DNA from: Sarea resinae
Taxonomy: Eukaryota
DNA length: 64,000 bases
Reading direction: 5' to 3'
Assembly: GCA_026026165.1 (NCBI GenBank)
Contig: JAPEUD010000050.1
Coordinates: 1-64,000, forward strand
Part shown: piece by piece, positions 11,741 to 25,487 of the stretch
Position numbering within the stretch: position 1 is the first letter of the stretch
Layout of the letters: each line of letters opens with the position of its first letter
Notes under the pieces: generated by a model
Database searches by the model: none
Told to the model about the DNA's origin: nothing
What the model saw: only the letters and a program-made list of their open reading frames with translations
Position numbers and translations under genes: made by a program

Positions 11741-13707
11741 ATGAAGAGGTCTGCTGAAGCCCCCGTGAGCCCGCCCCCCGTCAGAAGAAAGCTCCAGTCG
11801 ACGACTACAAGTAAGTTGGTTGATCCAACCGTGCAGAGGCCCATTGTAACTGTAGGCTGAATTGCGCAAAGAGGGAGCGGTGGCAAAATTCTTCACCCCA
11901 GCGTCGAAGAAAGACCCCGATCCCATCACTTGGCGGATCGTCGACAATAGTCTCTTGATTGGCAGATATGCACCTGCGAGCAGCGAAGGCCCATCTCCTC
12001 CTGCACCAAAAGTGATACGAATTGCTGCCTTTGACTTCGTACGTACTGTCAAATTTGGCCTAGAATTATTTTGCCCAAGTCTGACAAAACTGCTCTCCTA
12101 GGACTCAACGCTTATTCAATCCTCTTCGGGCAACAAATTCGCAAAAAATGCTCAAGATTGGAAGTGGTGGAATCCTGTTGTCCCAGGGAAATTGAGCACT
12201 CTCCATACGGAAGGGTACGCTTTACTACGCCGGGCCCTCGATCACAAGCTAATGGACAATATGATGTAAAAAGATATCTTGTTGTCGTTCTGAGCAATCA
12301 GGGTGGTATCAGCCTCAAAAGCGACCCGAAGTCGGTCAAGAGTGATCAGAAAAGACTCGCAGACTTTAAGGAAAAGGTGCTGTTGGTCTTTCAGCAGCTC
12401 GACTTTCCTGTGACTATCTATGCAGCGACTAGCAGAGATCAATATCGTAAACCTCGAACGGGCATGTGGAAAGAGATGCTCGAGGACTACGATTTGGAGG
12501 GAGCTGACTCCGTTGACATTGAAAATTCATTTCTGGTGGGCGATGCTGCTGGACGAACTGCAGAGTCGAAGCAGGCACGGGACCACTCTTGCTCCGATCG
12601 GTAATACGTCTGCTATTCTTCTCAGCTTCGATACTCATTCTTGCCTTAGAGACTTTGCTTGCAACATCGGCATCCGTTTTCACACCCCAGAAGAATTCTT
12701 CCTCAAGGAAGATCCGAGACCTTTCACAAGAGACTTTGATCCTCCGAAGTACATGATCGAGCAGGAAGGCAAATCGAGAAAGGATTGTGAGCATTATCGT
12801 TTCCTTATCGACGATGGACCGTTTTGAATTCTGATTCGTTACAAGCTCCCGAGTTTACCAAGAGGAATGAGCTCGATATCATTCTCTTCTGCGGAAGTCC
12901 TGGGGCGGGGAAGTCGACGTTCTACTGGAATTATTTGAAACCGTTGGGTTATGAACGCGTGAATCAAGACACGCTGAAGACAGTGCGTCTGCCCCGCATC
13001 TCCTAGCCATCCGTCTGGATTTCCATGGATGAGATATCTAACATCTAGGTAAGCGTGACAAATGCATCGAGTATGCGAAACGATACATTTCAGACGGCAT
13101 TTCGGTTGCTGTAGGTCTGTAGTAATTATCTACTTGATTGTTCCACTGAATTCGTTGAGCGAAGCTGACTGAATGAACAAGACAATACGAATGCAGACAA
13201 GGAGACGCGGGCCAAATGGCTGCAAGTGGCAAAGCAACTCGAGGTTCCAATGCGTTGCGTCTACTTCACCGCTCCAGTGCGACTGTGCGAGCATAACGAT
13301 GTTGTGCGAGCTCTCAACGGCGAAGGAGTAAGTTATTTCCATAGCACATATAGTTGGGTGTGCGATTACATGTTCCACGAAAACCCAAGCGAATGTGGTC
13401 CTGCGGGGCATGGCCAACCCCGTCTGTGTGAGAGCAAAAGCTTACTCTCTATCACAAGACGAATCCCGAAAAGCGAATTATGCTTCCAAAGATAGCGTTC
13501 ACGGGATTTGCTTCTAGATTCCGAGAGCCTGCCACGGAAGAGGGGTTCCAAGACATCACCAGAATAGACTTCAGAGTACGTACGCTTCACATTATGCTCA
13601 CATCGGGGAGAATTATACTTCCTCAGCGATTCTAAACTGTGCCATCTCCGCAGTTCGAGGGGAACGACGAACACCGTGCAGCATGGACCAAATACTGGGT
13701 CTCATAG
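11741..13707 (+). CDS. pnk1: Bifunctional polynucleotide kinase 3'-phosphatase; about 9 exons
   Basis: HAD phosphatase motifs AAFDF|DSTL, SNQGG, RKPRTGMW, FLVGDAAGR and DHSCSDR. Kinase P-loop GSPGAGKST, then VNQDTLK, DNTNAD and HNDVVR. Confidence 0.95.
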
Positions 13708-16700
13708 GAATCTTTGTTCCCGATAGATCTTCCCGAGTATGTTTCATGATATTTGCTGTCCCGCAGGCAGACAGATGGTGCAGCCGAAGGCTATTTGCAT
13801 GATTGCTTTCTCTTCTCCGAGTGCTTCATGCACTCTTCCCCTCTCTGCTCTCCGCACTTTCAAGAGAGAGCGGGCTCAGATTCAGTGCGTGGCCGGAGTA
13901 CACTCGGCTTGCTTTGGCTTCGTGATGGAACTACGCCAGGAAGTGAGACAATACACAAGGTCCTGAGCAAAGGCTGAGCTCGACGTGAGCAAGTCGGTCG
14001 GTCCACTGTGGTGGATCATTGTGGTGGATTCCACCGGCGACTCGGGTCCATTGAGGTAATCGAATACCAGCCCATTGATTTCATTGCGAGCGTTGATAGT
14101 GGAGAGGATCTAAAGAAAGCAACGACTCGGCTAAGTTACGGTTAGCGCATGGCGACTCTTCTGGTCGAGCAAGCGCACGCTTGACTCAGGCGCCCTAGAG
14201 GAACTTTTCCATATTCTTTGCTTCTAGCCACCAAGATAGATCCTCGGCACCGAGTAGTATGACAGTTGCAAACACGACTAATACTGAAGGATTTTTGCCC
14301 GCTACTATTCTTGTCAACAATTGAACTTCCTAAACACGTCAAGTGTCAAAAGGGTAAGTTCTGGAGCAATATGGGTGACGATCGAGCAGCCGTTCTTGCT
14401 GATACAGCACGGAGCCGTGGATTTGCTTCTGTCAAGCAAAAAGCTCTCTGGCCGCTGGAGATACTGCGGGCCGTACAATATGGGTGGTCCGTCCGACCTC
14501 CTCTTCTTCTTCTTTCCCCTGCGCTGCGGGCAGGCATCTCAGCTGGGTCTGGATGGCAGAGCTTATCAAGCACGTAACGAAAAGAACGGCCGCGGTCCGA
14601 AGTTCCAACCGAGGCAGACGGTTGGACAGCATCAGGACCGCCAAAGACACAAACATTCATCATGACGACGATTTCTCCGGATGGGCAGCAATCACCTAGT
14701 ACGTCCCTTCCAGTTACCTCTCGGGCGTATAAGATTCTCGGGAGGCCGCCCAAAAGCCAATACCTCTTATGTCAGGGGATGATTCCATGGTCATTGACTG
14801 CCTGGCCCGATTGGCTGGACGTAATCCAAATCACGAGTGGCCATTGTAACGTGGGCCAAAGAGGAGAAAGACGGAGGATGGAGGTGGATGGCTGAGTGGA
14901 GGAGCTTGCTGCTCTTTGGGAGATGTCACGTTTTAGGCACGCCTATTACGAGAGAGGCTTGCGCTCGTCGACTGCAGTTGCTTGCACTTCCCGTTCTCGC
15001 TCCGCAAGGCACGTTACCTTGTCGCGCAAGGGCGGGCAGGTACCAGGTACCCTGGTACCTGCTCTCCAGTGCAAAGCAAACCGACCCCAGTTGGCACTGC
15101 GCAGTACCTCCTACGAATACCTGGTTCAAGCACTCCGACCGAGAGCCCAATTCAAGCAGCCGGAGCCCTGGAGGCAAGCACGGCACGCAGTCACGTCAAG
15201 CACATCAAGCTTACCCCGGCCCAACTCGGTTTGGTGAGGTTGGTGAGGTTGGTGAGGTGTGCAAGAATGCTGGAAGCGATCGTGTCCCGAGCTTAGTGGC
15301 TTACACCTTTTGGCATCCCTGGGGACCCCCTGCACGCGACCAAGGCATATGAGGCATATGCCGTTTTTCTCCCTTCGTCACACCAATCCAGGATGCGCGA
15401 CAATGCGACGGAGTGTTTTTGGTACATAGAAGGTGGTGGACTTCGTAGAGTACGGAGTAGAGTCAGGTATGTCGAATATGTACAAAGTAGGTAGTCAAGC
15501 ATTGGTGGCAGGGGTCAAGCTCCCAGGTTCCGCTTCTTCCTCTTCTCGCTCTTCCTGCCAAGGCGTCCCGTTGATTTCTCTCGGACGGGAGCCGGCGTTT
15601 TCGTCTCCTGTGGTTGAGTTGCGAGTACGCTTGGAGATGAGATGAAACGACACGAGGAAGGGATGGTGAGATGCGATGAGATGAGATGGGACCAGATGGA
15701 CGAGATCTGGGTGCACTCACTAGACTGCCTCTCGACCAGACCTTTTGCTCGTCACAATGTGAGATATGAGTTCCGGCGTCGGAGAAAAGTATGCGGGGAC
15801 AGGCTGAGGGTGTGAAGGGAGGTCATGGAAGCAGATGGACGTGGGTGGGCGATATTCGTCATTGGCTGCCAACTATTCGGGCGAGCCATGGCGGGAAGAT
15901 CAACTGTAGGTACCCGAGACATGTCGCACTGTCTACGGTCTACTGTGGGTGAGATGACGGCCATTGGTACTTGTCGCAGCTGGAGCTACCTAGGTACTAT
16001 GAGTAGAGCGAGAAAGATGGGATGGATGGATGGATGGATGGATGACTTGGATCCGTCGTATCTGTGATACACACACGGAAGAGGTAATCAAGGGAGGCAA
16101 GAAAAGAGAAGAAAACACATTTAATCAATTAATCCTGCGATCAATCTGACGCAGGTGACAGGAAACCTGACAAGACCCTTGGCCCATGGCCCATGGGATG
16201 CGAGTAAGGTTGGCACGGCAGACAGGTCCAGCATTCGACGTTGTTGTCTGCTGCCAGACTGCCACGACTTCCGCGCGCACATGGATGGTACATCAAACAC
16301 ATCAAATCCCGTCTGCTGCATGTAAATCGACCCTCTTGAATCTCCCGTCCTTTTGCGCTTGATCCGTACTCGATTTCACTTTGATCTCGCCGGTGCACAC
16401 CTTGCGATTGGGGTCGGGAATGGAAGAGCTTGCTCTAGACGGTGGGCATGCTCTACTCGGTCGAGTACCTACGGAGTACTCCATCAATCCATTACCATTC
16501 ACTTCAGCCAATCCCTCAACATGATCGGACCCGGCCGACCGGACGAGTGTGCCACGTTTTCAAGCGCGGGAGGGAGCTCTTGGAGCTATTCGAGCACCTC
16601 CGGACCTTACCCCGGTACAGCTTGCAGGTCCACTTGCTTGCCCAGTGGGTGGCTCGGCGCTTTGTGATCAAGCGCGGAAAGTTTACTCGATAGACGAGGA

Positions 16701-18147
16701 GGTGCTCACTCCTTTACGTTAAGGTTACTTCCTAGCTCGCACTCTAAAGAGGTCTTTCGCCCTGCGGTTGGCGAATGGAGCTTGGAAGCATTCGGCAGTT
16801 CGTTCACACACTCTGCAAGCCTCGTCCGGCCCACAACCAGGACCAACAACCGGTGGACCGGTGAGCCGAAAACTAATCCCCGTCCGCCACCGAAACGCCA
16901 AAAGTCAAAAGTCTCTGGGGTTCCCCTGGTCACGTCTCTTTTCTCGTCGAACCCTGCAAGGCTTAAGCTGCCTGGAGAGGACTCGACCGACTCGCCCGAC
17001 TCGACCGAGGGCAATCCACCTCTGCGTTTCTGTTCTCTTCGCGCCCTCTTCTCTCCCCGGAACCTAATATCACTGTCCCTTTCACCCCGACCATCTCATA
17101 CCTTCGCAGGCCGTCCGCTGTCTCCTGCGGCGTGGAGGAGCTTGTGGAATGTATCCGGGTCGGCAGGTCGTTGGGGTCAAGTCGCGTGAAGCGGGCGGCG
17201 CTGAGTGAGGTCGAAGAAGACGGAGAGCACGGGGCAAGTAAGGCAAGCAGAGCACTCCACCAGTTAGCAGGTAGGTAGCACAGTGGGCCTGAGACGTTTT
17301 CCGTCCCGTCGAGGCATCCCATAGCATTCAAATCCCACCGGGACCCCATCGAGAATGGATCACACTGATCGAGCCCCCATGCACACCTCCATCACCATTG
17401 TTATATGATGATATGACTGCCGTAGAATGAAGAACGAAAAGAAAGAAGAAAACCGAGCTCGATCGCTCGCCTACAGATAATTTACTGCCCTCCCACTTCT
17501 TCTTCTTCTTCGTCCTCATCTTTCCCTCCCCATCCCCACTCCAGAAGCATTGAGCACGACGCTGTCGATGCAATCAGCCAGGTCATATCACCGATCACCA
17601 CCACGGAAGAGACACATCACCCAAGGTCAGTGAGCGCCTACTCGACCTAGTAATCATCACGTTTTTCGATCATCATCCCATCATCACCTCGGCCGTCGCC
17701 CCCCAATGAGTCGGGTCTCGGCTCTCCCAGCGACGACCAAGTACCTGCGTACACATATTCTTGTCGATCTTCTGCACGCGAGACCCTTGTACCTACCAAG
17801 TCGCTCATCCGTTTGATAGGCGGAAAAGCTGACTCGTAGCGAAAAAAAGCATTCGCGAACACGCCGACAACAGCTTCGACTACCTACTACTGAGCCGCTT
17901 GCTGCACTCAAACAGCTTGACGATACATACGTGGACGGGTTCGCGCCTTCGTGGCATACATACCTTACAAACCTTTAGATTTCTTCACCGCCGCTCTCCT
18001 TCCTCTTCATAACTGAAAACCTCTTTCCTTCCCGAACACGTCCCAAAGCACATCGTTGTTATTGTCGGCAATCATACCGAAGAACACCCGCTGGGCCCTT
18101 CTATATGGTGACTGCAAGGACCAGCATATCAATCTACGAGCCCTACG

Positions 18148-19838
18148 ATGCGGGAACTACGGCCATTACTGCTCCCCAGACTGGTCGAAGAGAAACGAGC
18201 AGTCAATATCACTGAGACGGAGATTGAATCTCCCGAACGGATATCAGCTTATACACGAACTTCTTCTCAATCCTCCGAGTTCTCCTCCCCAATTACTCCG
18301 ACTTTCTCCTCTCGTGGCCATCAACGCTACTCAAGCTCAAACTCATCTTTGACCTCTTCTCCCGTATTGTTCGACTATGGCGACGCATTTGGTTCCAGCA
18401 AAATGCCTCTGCCAGACGTGCAAGAGGAGCCACACGAGAGGGAAGACGACTTAGATCCGTTTGACGCATTCCGAGGCCTGTATGGGTGCAATTGTAAGTT
18501 TGTCTCATCTCCAATTGGGATATTTCACGCGTCTCTCCGTGTTTCAGCGTACCAACGAGCTCTTTATTAGGTGACGAATTCCAATACATGCACCAAGACT
18601 ACCCGATGACACAATCCAACCTCGTTCTGCCCTCAGCCACAGAATATGACCTTTGCGACGGCTTCTTCAGCGATGGTGAAGTTCCTGGCAATACGCTGGC
18701 GAAAAAGCGTCGAGGGGGTGAATCAACTTTTACTGGCATCACCACGCGACTGGGCCGGAAATTTCCTTCCTTTTCTAGGAGGCGCAGGGACAAGAGAACA
18801 GAAGTGGATAATTCTCTGGATGACAGCGTGTCGGACTTGGGACGCTCGCGAGCTACGTCGCTAACGAGGTCTTCCATGACGAGCTCCTTCGTGCAAGCAT
18901 CGGAACAGCTTGAACCGCAGCTACCTCCGACTCCAACCAAAAGTATTTTCGACGAAGATGAGGAAGAATCTGCGATCCTCCCAATAGACACTGCGAAAGC
19001 GAACCGCGAAAGCAATGACGCAATTGCAGAAGGCTTAGCTACCACGCCGCTGCTCCCACCATTAATGGTCGAGGTCCCATCACACAACAGAACACCACCG
19101 GTCCAGTCTCCACTACAGTCTCCGGCTATAGCTGAGCCGACTGATTCAGCTTTCCACACCCCCATTCAATCATCCCAACAATCTATTAGCATTCCGTCAC
19201 CGCCGTTGTCGAGCAAACCCTCGGAAGCATCGTTTCATCAGCAACGAGGCGGACAATTAGTACCCTGCTCGGAGATCCCGCCGATCTTTATTGCTGATCC
19301 CAATGACGAGTGGGCGAACAAGCTCGGCCACGCTAATTTCAACATCCATCCCGAACCATACGTTCCGAAGGAAAGCGACATTGAAGTTTGCGAGCAATTC
19401 CGTGCAAACTGGGAACTGGCGCGATGCAATTATATGAAGCATCTCATCCGCACGGGCGAGCATTACGGCGTCACCTCAACGATATACAAGCTGACGGAGG
19501 AAAAGTGGGCGGAGGTTGAGAGTCTATGGAAGAAGAACAGTGAGATTACAGTTGCCCGCGCGAGCGAAAGTGCAGAATCATCCGTCTCCCTCGGCCAGGC
19601 CACTGCTGAGCCCACCAACCTGATGAAATTTCCCTCTCTGAACGATCCCTACAGCGATGGGAAATTCCCCAAGCTCGGAGACGAAGACATCGTTGGCCCG
19701 ATGGTACAAATAGCGTCGCAATTGCAACGGAGGCCTTCCAAAAAGACGACCTTGATGAAGGCTCTACAGGATATGAAGCTTCCCGGCGGCGTGTTCCCAA
19801 GCAGCAGATCTCGAGCCAATTCGGAAAAATCGCGATAG
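18148..19838 (+). CDS. Conserved fungal Pro/Ser-rich hypothetical protein; 2 exons
   Basis: MRELRPLLLPRLVEE N-terminus and an intron at about 18494-18570 join in frame to a 416-aa ORF. That ORF has ordered blocks DEWANKLGHANFNIHPEPYVP, WELARCNYMKHLIRTGEHYGVTS and GKFPKLGDEDIVGPM. Confidence 0.85.
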
Positions 19839-20604
19839 AGGATCGCGGCGTCTTCTGTGTACGATCAGTCAGTCCAGGGGCGGCTGTAACATAATTACTA
19901 CGACTTTACGACAGCGTGATTGCATTCCTGATCCCGCTTAGCGCATTCGCGAGCGATTACGATCCTTACCGGGTTTCCTTTGTCATATGCCGGTGTTTGC
20001 TGACAGTTGAGGGAGGCCATCTTTCATTGGCGCTTGGAAATGTATAGAAAAGTCCTGGCTGGAAGGAAGACGAGGACATCAAATTGGCGCACATATGGTA
20101 ATGGACCGGCGGTCTTTGTTCAAATATAATTGCTCTTCAGCGCTTTCTCTTTCTGTCTTTGTCCTCGGACGATTTATACCCAGCTAGACTAAGAAGCAAA
20201 GCTGCTCGCTGTACATCTACCTATACATACACGCCAGAATCCGTGAGGAAATAGAGAATAAAGTCATCTGCAACTATTTTGATTGCTACCACCGGGATGT
20301 CCATCTTGCATATTGATACCTCAGAGCATTCAACTTCTCATACCCACGAGACGAGAAAGCCCGTCAAATACGCAAATGTCTTTGCCTGTCTAAGTATGCG
20401 AAAAGAGCGACGATACCTGATACCGGTGGAGTTGCAGATAGCGCTGTGGCGTTTAGGCGCAACTCCGAGGGCCTCGCGGACTCCGAAGCGACGTTATTGA
20501 CGTCCAGGACCATCAACGATCAGATCTTCCAATCCTTCTGTTTCTGTGACTAAGTTGGTTCTCAAGAAACTCAAAAGCCACCTTTACACCTCAACGTCTT
20601 CTTA

Positions 20605-22399
20605 ATGAGCTCTTCGGCCGCGATGGATAGTAAAACACTAATTGAGCGCGCATTTGACGAACGGCCCAAGCTCAAGAAGAGGATCTACGATGCAATCCGT
20701 ACGTAAACAAAGCGCTTCCTCTCCGCCCAAAGTCGTTTCCTATGGATTTATCTGACATCTCTCGCTCCTTGCCCACGAACAGGTGAAGTTCCCAAGCATG
20801 CAGATCTCTTCCATGAGATAGCAGAGTACACCTATTCGCTACGAGCCGATGAATCGAACGAGCCAGCTGCGAAGAAGCGGAAGCACAATGACAATGCTGA
20901 CGCTTCCAACCTCGCGACGAATGGGTCCGCCGCGAGCGCTGCTCAGACGGGATGGCGCGTTGGGAAATCTTGTTTCACTGCTCGTGAGATATCATTCAGC
21001 GTGCCGGCCCGAAAAAAGTTTACGTTGGAAATGACGGCCGCAAAGGCAGGCGGCATCCGCGCTGTAAATCCCACTACGGACGCACTGGAATTTGGCATTG
21101 CGTGGGGAGATATCGGTAGGTATCTCTGTTAGCACATAGTACCAGCACGGGGGATGGGATGTTGCGTTGTCTCTTCGGGATTCTTGCGCTGACGGGAAGA
21201 ATTTCATTTGCAGCACACGTCGTATGTCTTCCCGTGCCGGAAAAGGCGCAGCGGGCATACAACTTCTGCGTCTTTCCCTCTTCGCACACGAATGGCATCG
21301 TTGCCCCGGCTCAGAGCTCAGCAAACGCAGTCTCGGAGCCAATGGTCTGGACCGTGCCCGACGCACCACCGAAAACGGTCTTCTATGGCTCTGAACCAGG
21401 CGCCGAGGCCGCCATGACGACGGCGACAGAAGGCGAGACCTACGAGACTCTGACGCGCCGAAAGCTCAACGAGATTCTCCAGCCTTTTGGCAAGTCGGTC
21501 GTGGTGCCTGATGAGCGGGAGTTTGCGAGTAGTATCGTGCAGGCGCATCGCAAGGGCGAGAAGGCATTTCACGTCAAAGCGTTCCGGGGGAGTAAAGATG
21601 GTGAGTTTGAAGTACAGGCGCATTCCTTGAGATGTGTCTGTCTACTACATTGTTTTCGATCTTATCTTTTCGTCTTCCTTGGATCTTTCTACGACGGGCA
21701 ATAAAGGGCTAATTCATTCCGCGCGAACCCCGACATACAGGCTTCCTCTTCTTCCTCCCCAGCGGCATCATCTTCGGGTTCAAGAAACCGCTCTACTTTT
21801 TCGCTTTCGACGACATCGTCTCGATCTCATACACGTCGGTCCTCCAACGCACATTCAACCTCAACATCACGGCCACCACCAGCTCTCTCGGCGAAGAAGA
21901 GACGCCAGAATCCGAGTCCGAAACCGAGTTTGAATTCTCCATGCTCGATCAGGCCGACTTTGGCGGCATCGACGCCTACGTGCGCGCGCACGGCTTGCAG
22001 GACGCCAGTATGGCCGAGCAGCGAAAGGCGAAGCGCCTTAACATCAACCCGGCGCCGTCTAATAGTGCCAATCCCAACACCAACAACGCATCCTCCTCGT
22101 TGACCGAGAACATCAAGAACGCCAACCATGGCGTCAATGGTTCAGGGGCCGACGAAGAGGAAGAGGAAGAGGAGGGCGAGTTGGCTAAAGCGGCGCGTCT
22201 TCTGCCCCCCGGCGAGAACCACGACCTTCCTCCGGGAGACGAGGACGATGATGACGAGGACGAAGAGGATTACGATCCCGGCTCCGAGGGTGAGAGCGAG
22301 GGCTCGGGCGTCAGTAGTGGAAGTGAGGAGGGGGAGGGCGATGGCGGCGACGAAGACGATGACCAAGAAGAAGAGGAGGAGGAGGAAGACGAGCTGTAA
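20605..22399 (+). CDS. RTT106: Histone chaperone Rtt106 (double PH fold, acidic tail); 4 exons
   Basis: Motifs [65 protein letters not shown] and [32 protein letters not shown], followed by an Asp/Glu-rich tail. Confidence 0.93.
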
Positions 22400-23074
22400 G
22401 TCAGCGTATAAAAGTCGTCGCGACCAAAGTACAGAGTACAGATTGGGAGGGGGGGGGATAGAGTACAGATGAGAAGGGGGAGATAGATGCCATTAGTACC
22501 CTTTCGTTTCCATAGGCGTAAAAGGCGGAGGGGCGGTCCAATCTCAATCTTGGAATCTTTGATCCTTGACCTCGTGCTTCGACCTCAATTCCCCTCGTTC
22601 GTTTGTTCATCCTCGACCTTCAACCTCGATCCACCGTCGATCCTCAATCTGGCCTGGTTCCTACTTTCCCCTTTCCTCCCTCCTCCCTCCTACTTCCTCT
22701 ACCTCTTCCCTTTGCCTTTCCTTCTCTTTTCCCCTCTTTTCAGACAGCAAAGAAATCAGGTTAAGAAAGAGAATGTATCCTAAACTCAACTAAATTAAAC
22801 AACACTACACTACCACTACCACTACCACTCTCCCACCTCCACCTAATACCTAAGGGAGGGGCAAATAGCACAATGATCTCTCCATCCAACCATTTTACTA
22901 ATTCTTTCTTCCCAACTCTATTCGTTTCTGCCAGTATACGGTGTAATAGAGTCAGAGTGTAAAGCTTTGTAAAGCTTTGTAAGGCTATTTAGATACAAGG
23001 GGCTCCTATCAACCAGGGGTAGGGATGGTTTGGTTTGGTGGGTGGGGATTTGGCGGTTTTCTTTTTGTTGGGGG

Positions 23075-23075
<1 letters not shown>

Positions 23076-23122
<47 letters not shown>

Positions 23123-23198
23123 TCAGCCAAGCGGCGTTATGGTCATGGTCATGGTTCAAAAACAAACAAAGGGCGGGCGGGCGGGCGGGCGGGCGGGC
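23076..23198 (+). repeat. 45-nt poly(G) tract plus (GGGC)n repeat
   Basis: G run at 23076-23120; (GGGC)n at about 23171-23198. Confidence 0.95.
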
Positions 23199-23402
23199 GA
23201 ACATCACGAGGTGGGTAGGGTGAATCAACAAGAGCCATGCGTCTCACTGACGGACGGGAGCGACATATTGGCAATATCGAAGTCTTAACTTATTTTTGAT
23301 AAAAGAAGATAGGGCACGGACTGATTCGTCCGATTCGTTTGGCACACACAACCTGCCGAGTTGCGTGCTGTTTCAACCACGCATATCCTAAAATACAAAA
23401 TT

Positions 23403-24899
23403 CTACAGCTTCGACGTCACAGTCATCAGTCCGCCTCCTGCCCCACCATTGGGACTCTCTTCCAGCGCCCTCCCCGCTTTCCCTTCCTCCCGGATTTCAT
23501 CCACGCTCGTGTATCCAGCCACGTTCATCAGGATATCCAGGTCCGCGAGCAGACCCTTCATGACGTGCCGCACGCCGTATTCGCCCATGATGCTGAGACC
23601 CCAGACCCAGAGACGGCCCACAAAGACGAACTTGGCGCCCAGAGCGAGAGCTTTGAAGACGTCGCTTGCGGAGCGTACGCCGCTGTCGTACATGATGTAG
23701 GTGTTGGAGCCGACGGCTGCGAAAGTTAGTTACCTACAAAGTCATGGGGGAAATGGATGGGAAGACGAGGAGGTTGGGCAAATGGTAATGGGAAATGCCA
23801 AAAAAAAACACACCTTGCACGATCTTCTCAAGCGCATCTAGACTCGCAATGGCGCCGTCCACTTGCCGTCCGGCATGGTTACTGACAACGATACCCTCAA
23901 CGCCCATGTCCACTGCTTTCTTGGCATCCGCTACACTCTGGATACCTTTGAGACAGAACGGCCGGCCGCCCGAGATCCGTCGCCATTGCTCCATCAACCA
24001 GGGGAGCTTCTCCCACGTGTGTGCACGCCCGTGCCAGACGTTGTCGATCCACATTGCGCCGGCCTTGTGGGGTTCTTTCACCGGATCGATGCCGGCTTCC
24101 TTCAAACGCTTCTGGAAGACTGGGTCCGAGAGGCCCAGATCGGCGCCGATACCCCGGTAGAAGGCGTAGTTGGACGTTGCGACGTCGTCGTGTCGCCAAC
24201 CTAGCTGCCATGTGTCGACCGTCAGGATACAGGCGTCGAAACCAGAGTCCCAGGCCCTTTGAAGTAGGCTCAGGGTCAGCTCGTCGTCGTGTGGCATGTA
24301 GAGTTGGAAGAAACGGGGGCCCTGGCCATTTGCTTCAGCGACGGCCTCAATGGGGTTCGAGCCCGCGGTGCTGAGGCAGTAGGGGAGATTGAGTTCTTTG
24401 GCTACTTTGGCGACGGGGAGTTCGCCGTGCGGATGGTAGATTTTGTTGATGCCGATGGGAGCGAAGCCGATGGGGGCGGAGACTTTATGATCGAAGATTG
24501 TCGTTGATGTATCGCGCTTGTTGGTGTCGACGAGCATGCGTGGGACGATGCGGTGACGGTAGAATGCTTGACGATTGGCGGTGTGGGTGTGTGATTGACC
24601 TGCGTTGGAGGAAGCGTAGTACCTGGTGATGGCCATCGGATTAGATGAGAACGGAGTCGGGAACAGCGAGGAGGCTTACCAGCCGCCTTCCGTAAGCTTC
24701 TTCTTTGCCAGCTCTTCTAGCTTTCCGGGATCTGTACGAGTGTCAGTTGCATCCGGACAACCGCCTCGAATTGATGGATGAGGATACCAGTATTGAAGAT
24801 GGCAACCTCGCCATCATTGGCCCTCCAGAAGTTCTCTCGTTGGTACAAGGCATACTGTGGGGTGGTCCTCTGCTGGGTGTTGGGTGCTTTTGGGTCCAT
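23403..24899 (-). CDS. FMN-dependent alpha-hydroxy acid oxidase/dehydrogenase (lactate 2-monooxygenase-like) with C-terminal PTS1 (SKL); 4 exons
   Basis: Motifs PIGFAPIG, FFQLY, LTVDT, LKGIQS, VVSNHAGRQVDG (catalytic His) and YDSGVRSASDVFKALALGA. The protein ends TVTSKL*. Confidence 0.93.
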
Positions 24900-25487
24900 T
24901 GCGAAAGGCAAATATAATATGAGAATAGATTAGGCTCCTATTGTATGTACCAGACGCAATACTGGAAAGAATCATGTATGAAGAGGCAAAAACAAGAGAT
25001 ATTGGGACGGGCCATGGCTGTTGATAAATGATTATCGGAAGAGCTTATCCGCTTGAGGTTGGAATGACTTCATCACCACTGACGCAAGACGTAGCTGTCG
25101 CGGGAGCGCTACGGGGCCATTACCGAGTCTAGACCACACGCCTGTACGCAGTAATACAAGTCTAGCCCCGATGAGCAGCATTTACGTTCCTCATGGATCT
25201 CTCATACAAAATTTCCATTCACACAATGGAGCCATCTCCAAAACAACAAGAGCCCAGAACAATTGCGCGTGTGATGTTTCATTGTGTACTTGTTGCCTAT
25301 TGATTGCCAATCTGGATCAATTCAAAGTCAAACCACCCTAGCACAGACTCCATTGCTTCATCCCAAAACAACCCGCCAGAAAACCACAACGAACCCCCCC
25401 CGCTCCGCAATCTTCACAACCTGCAAGACCGATTCTCTGTCCCCAACCTTCCAGTTCCCAGTACGCCAATGCAGCACACCCGGCCTC

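Noticed and set aside
23025..23288. Poly-Gly and poly-Pro ORFs
   Set aside because: Translation artefacts of the poly(G) tract.
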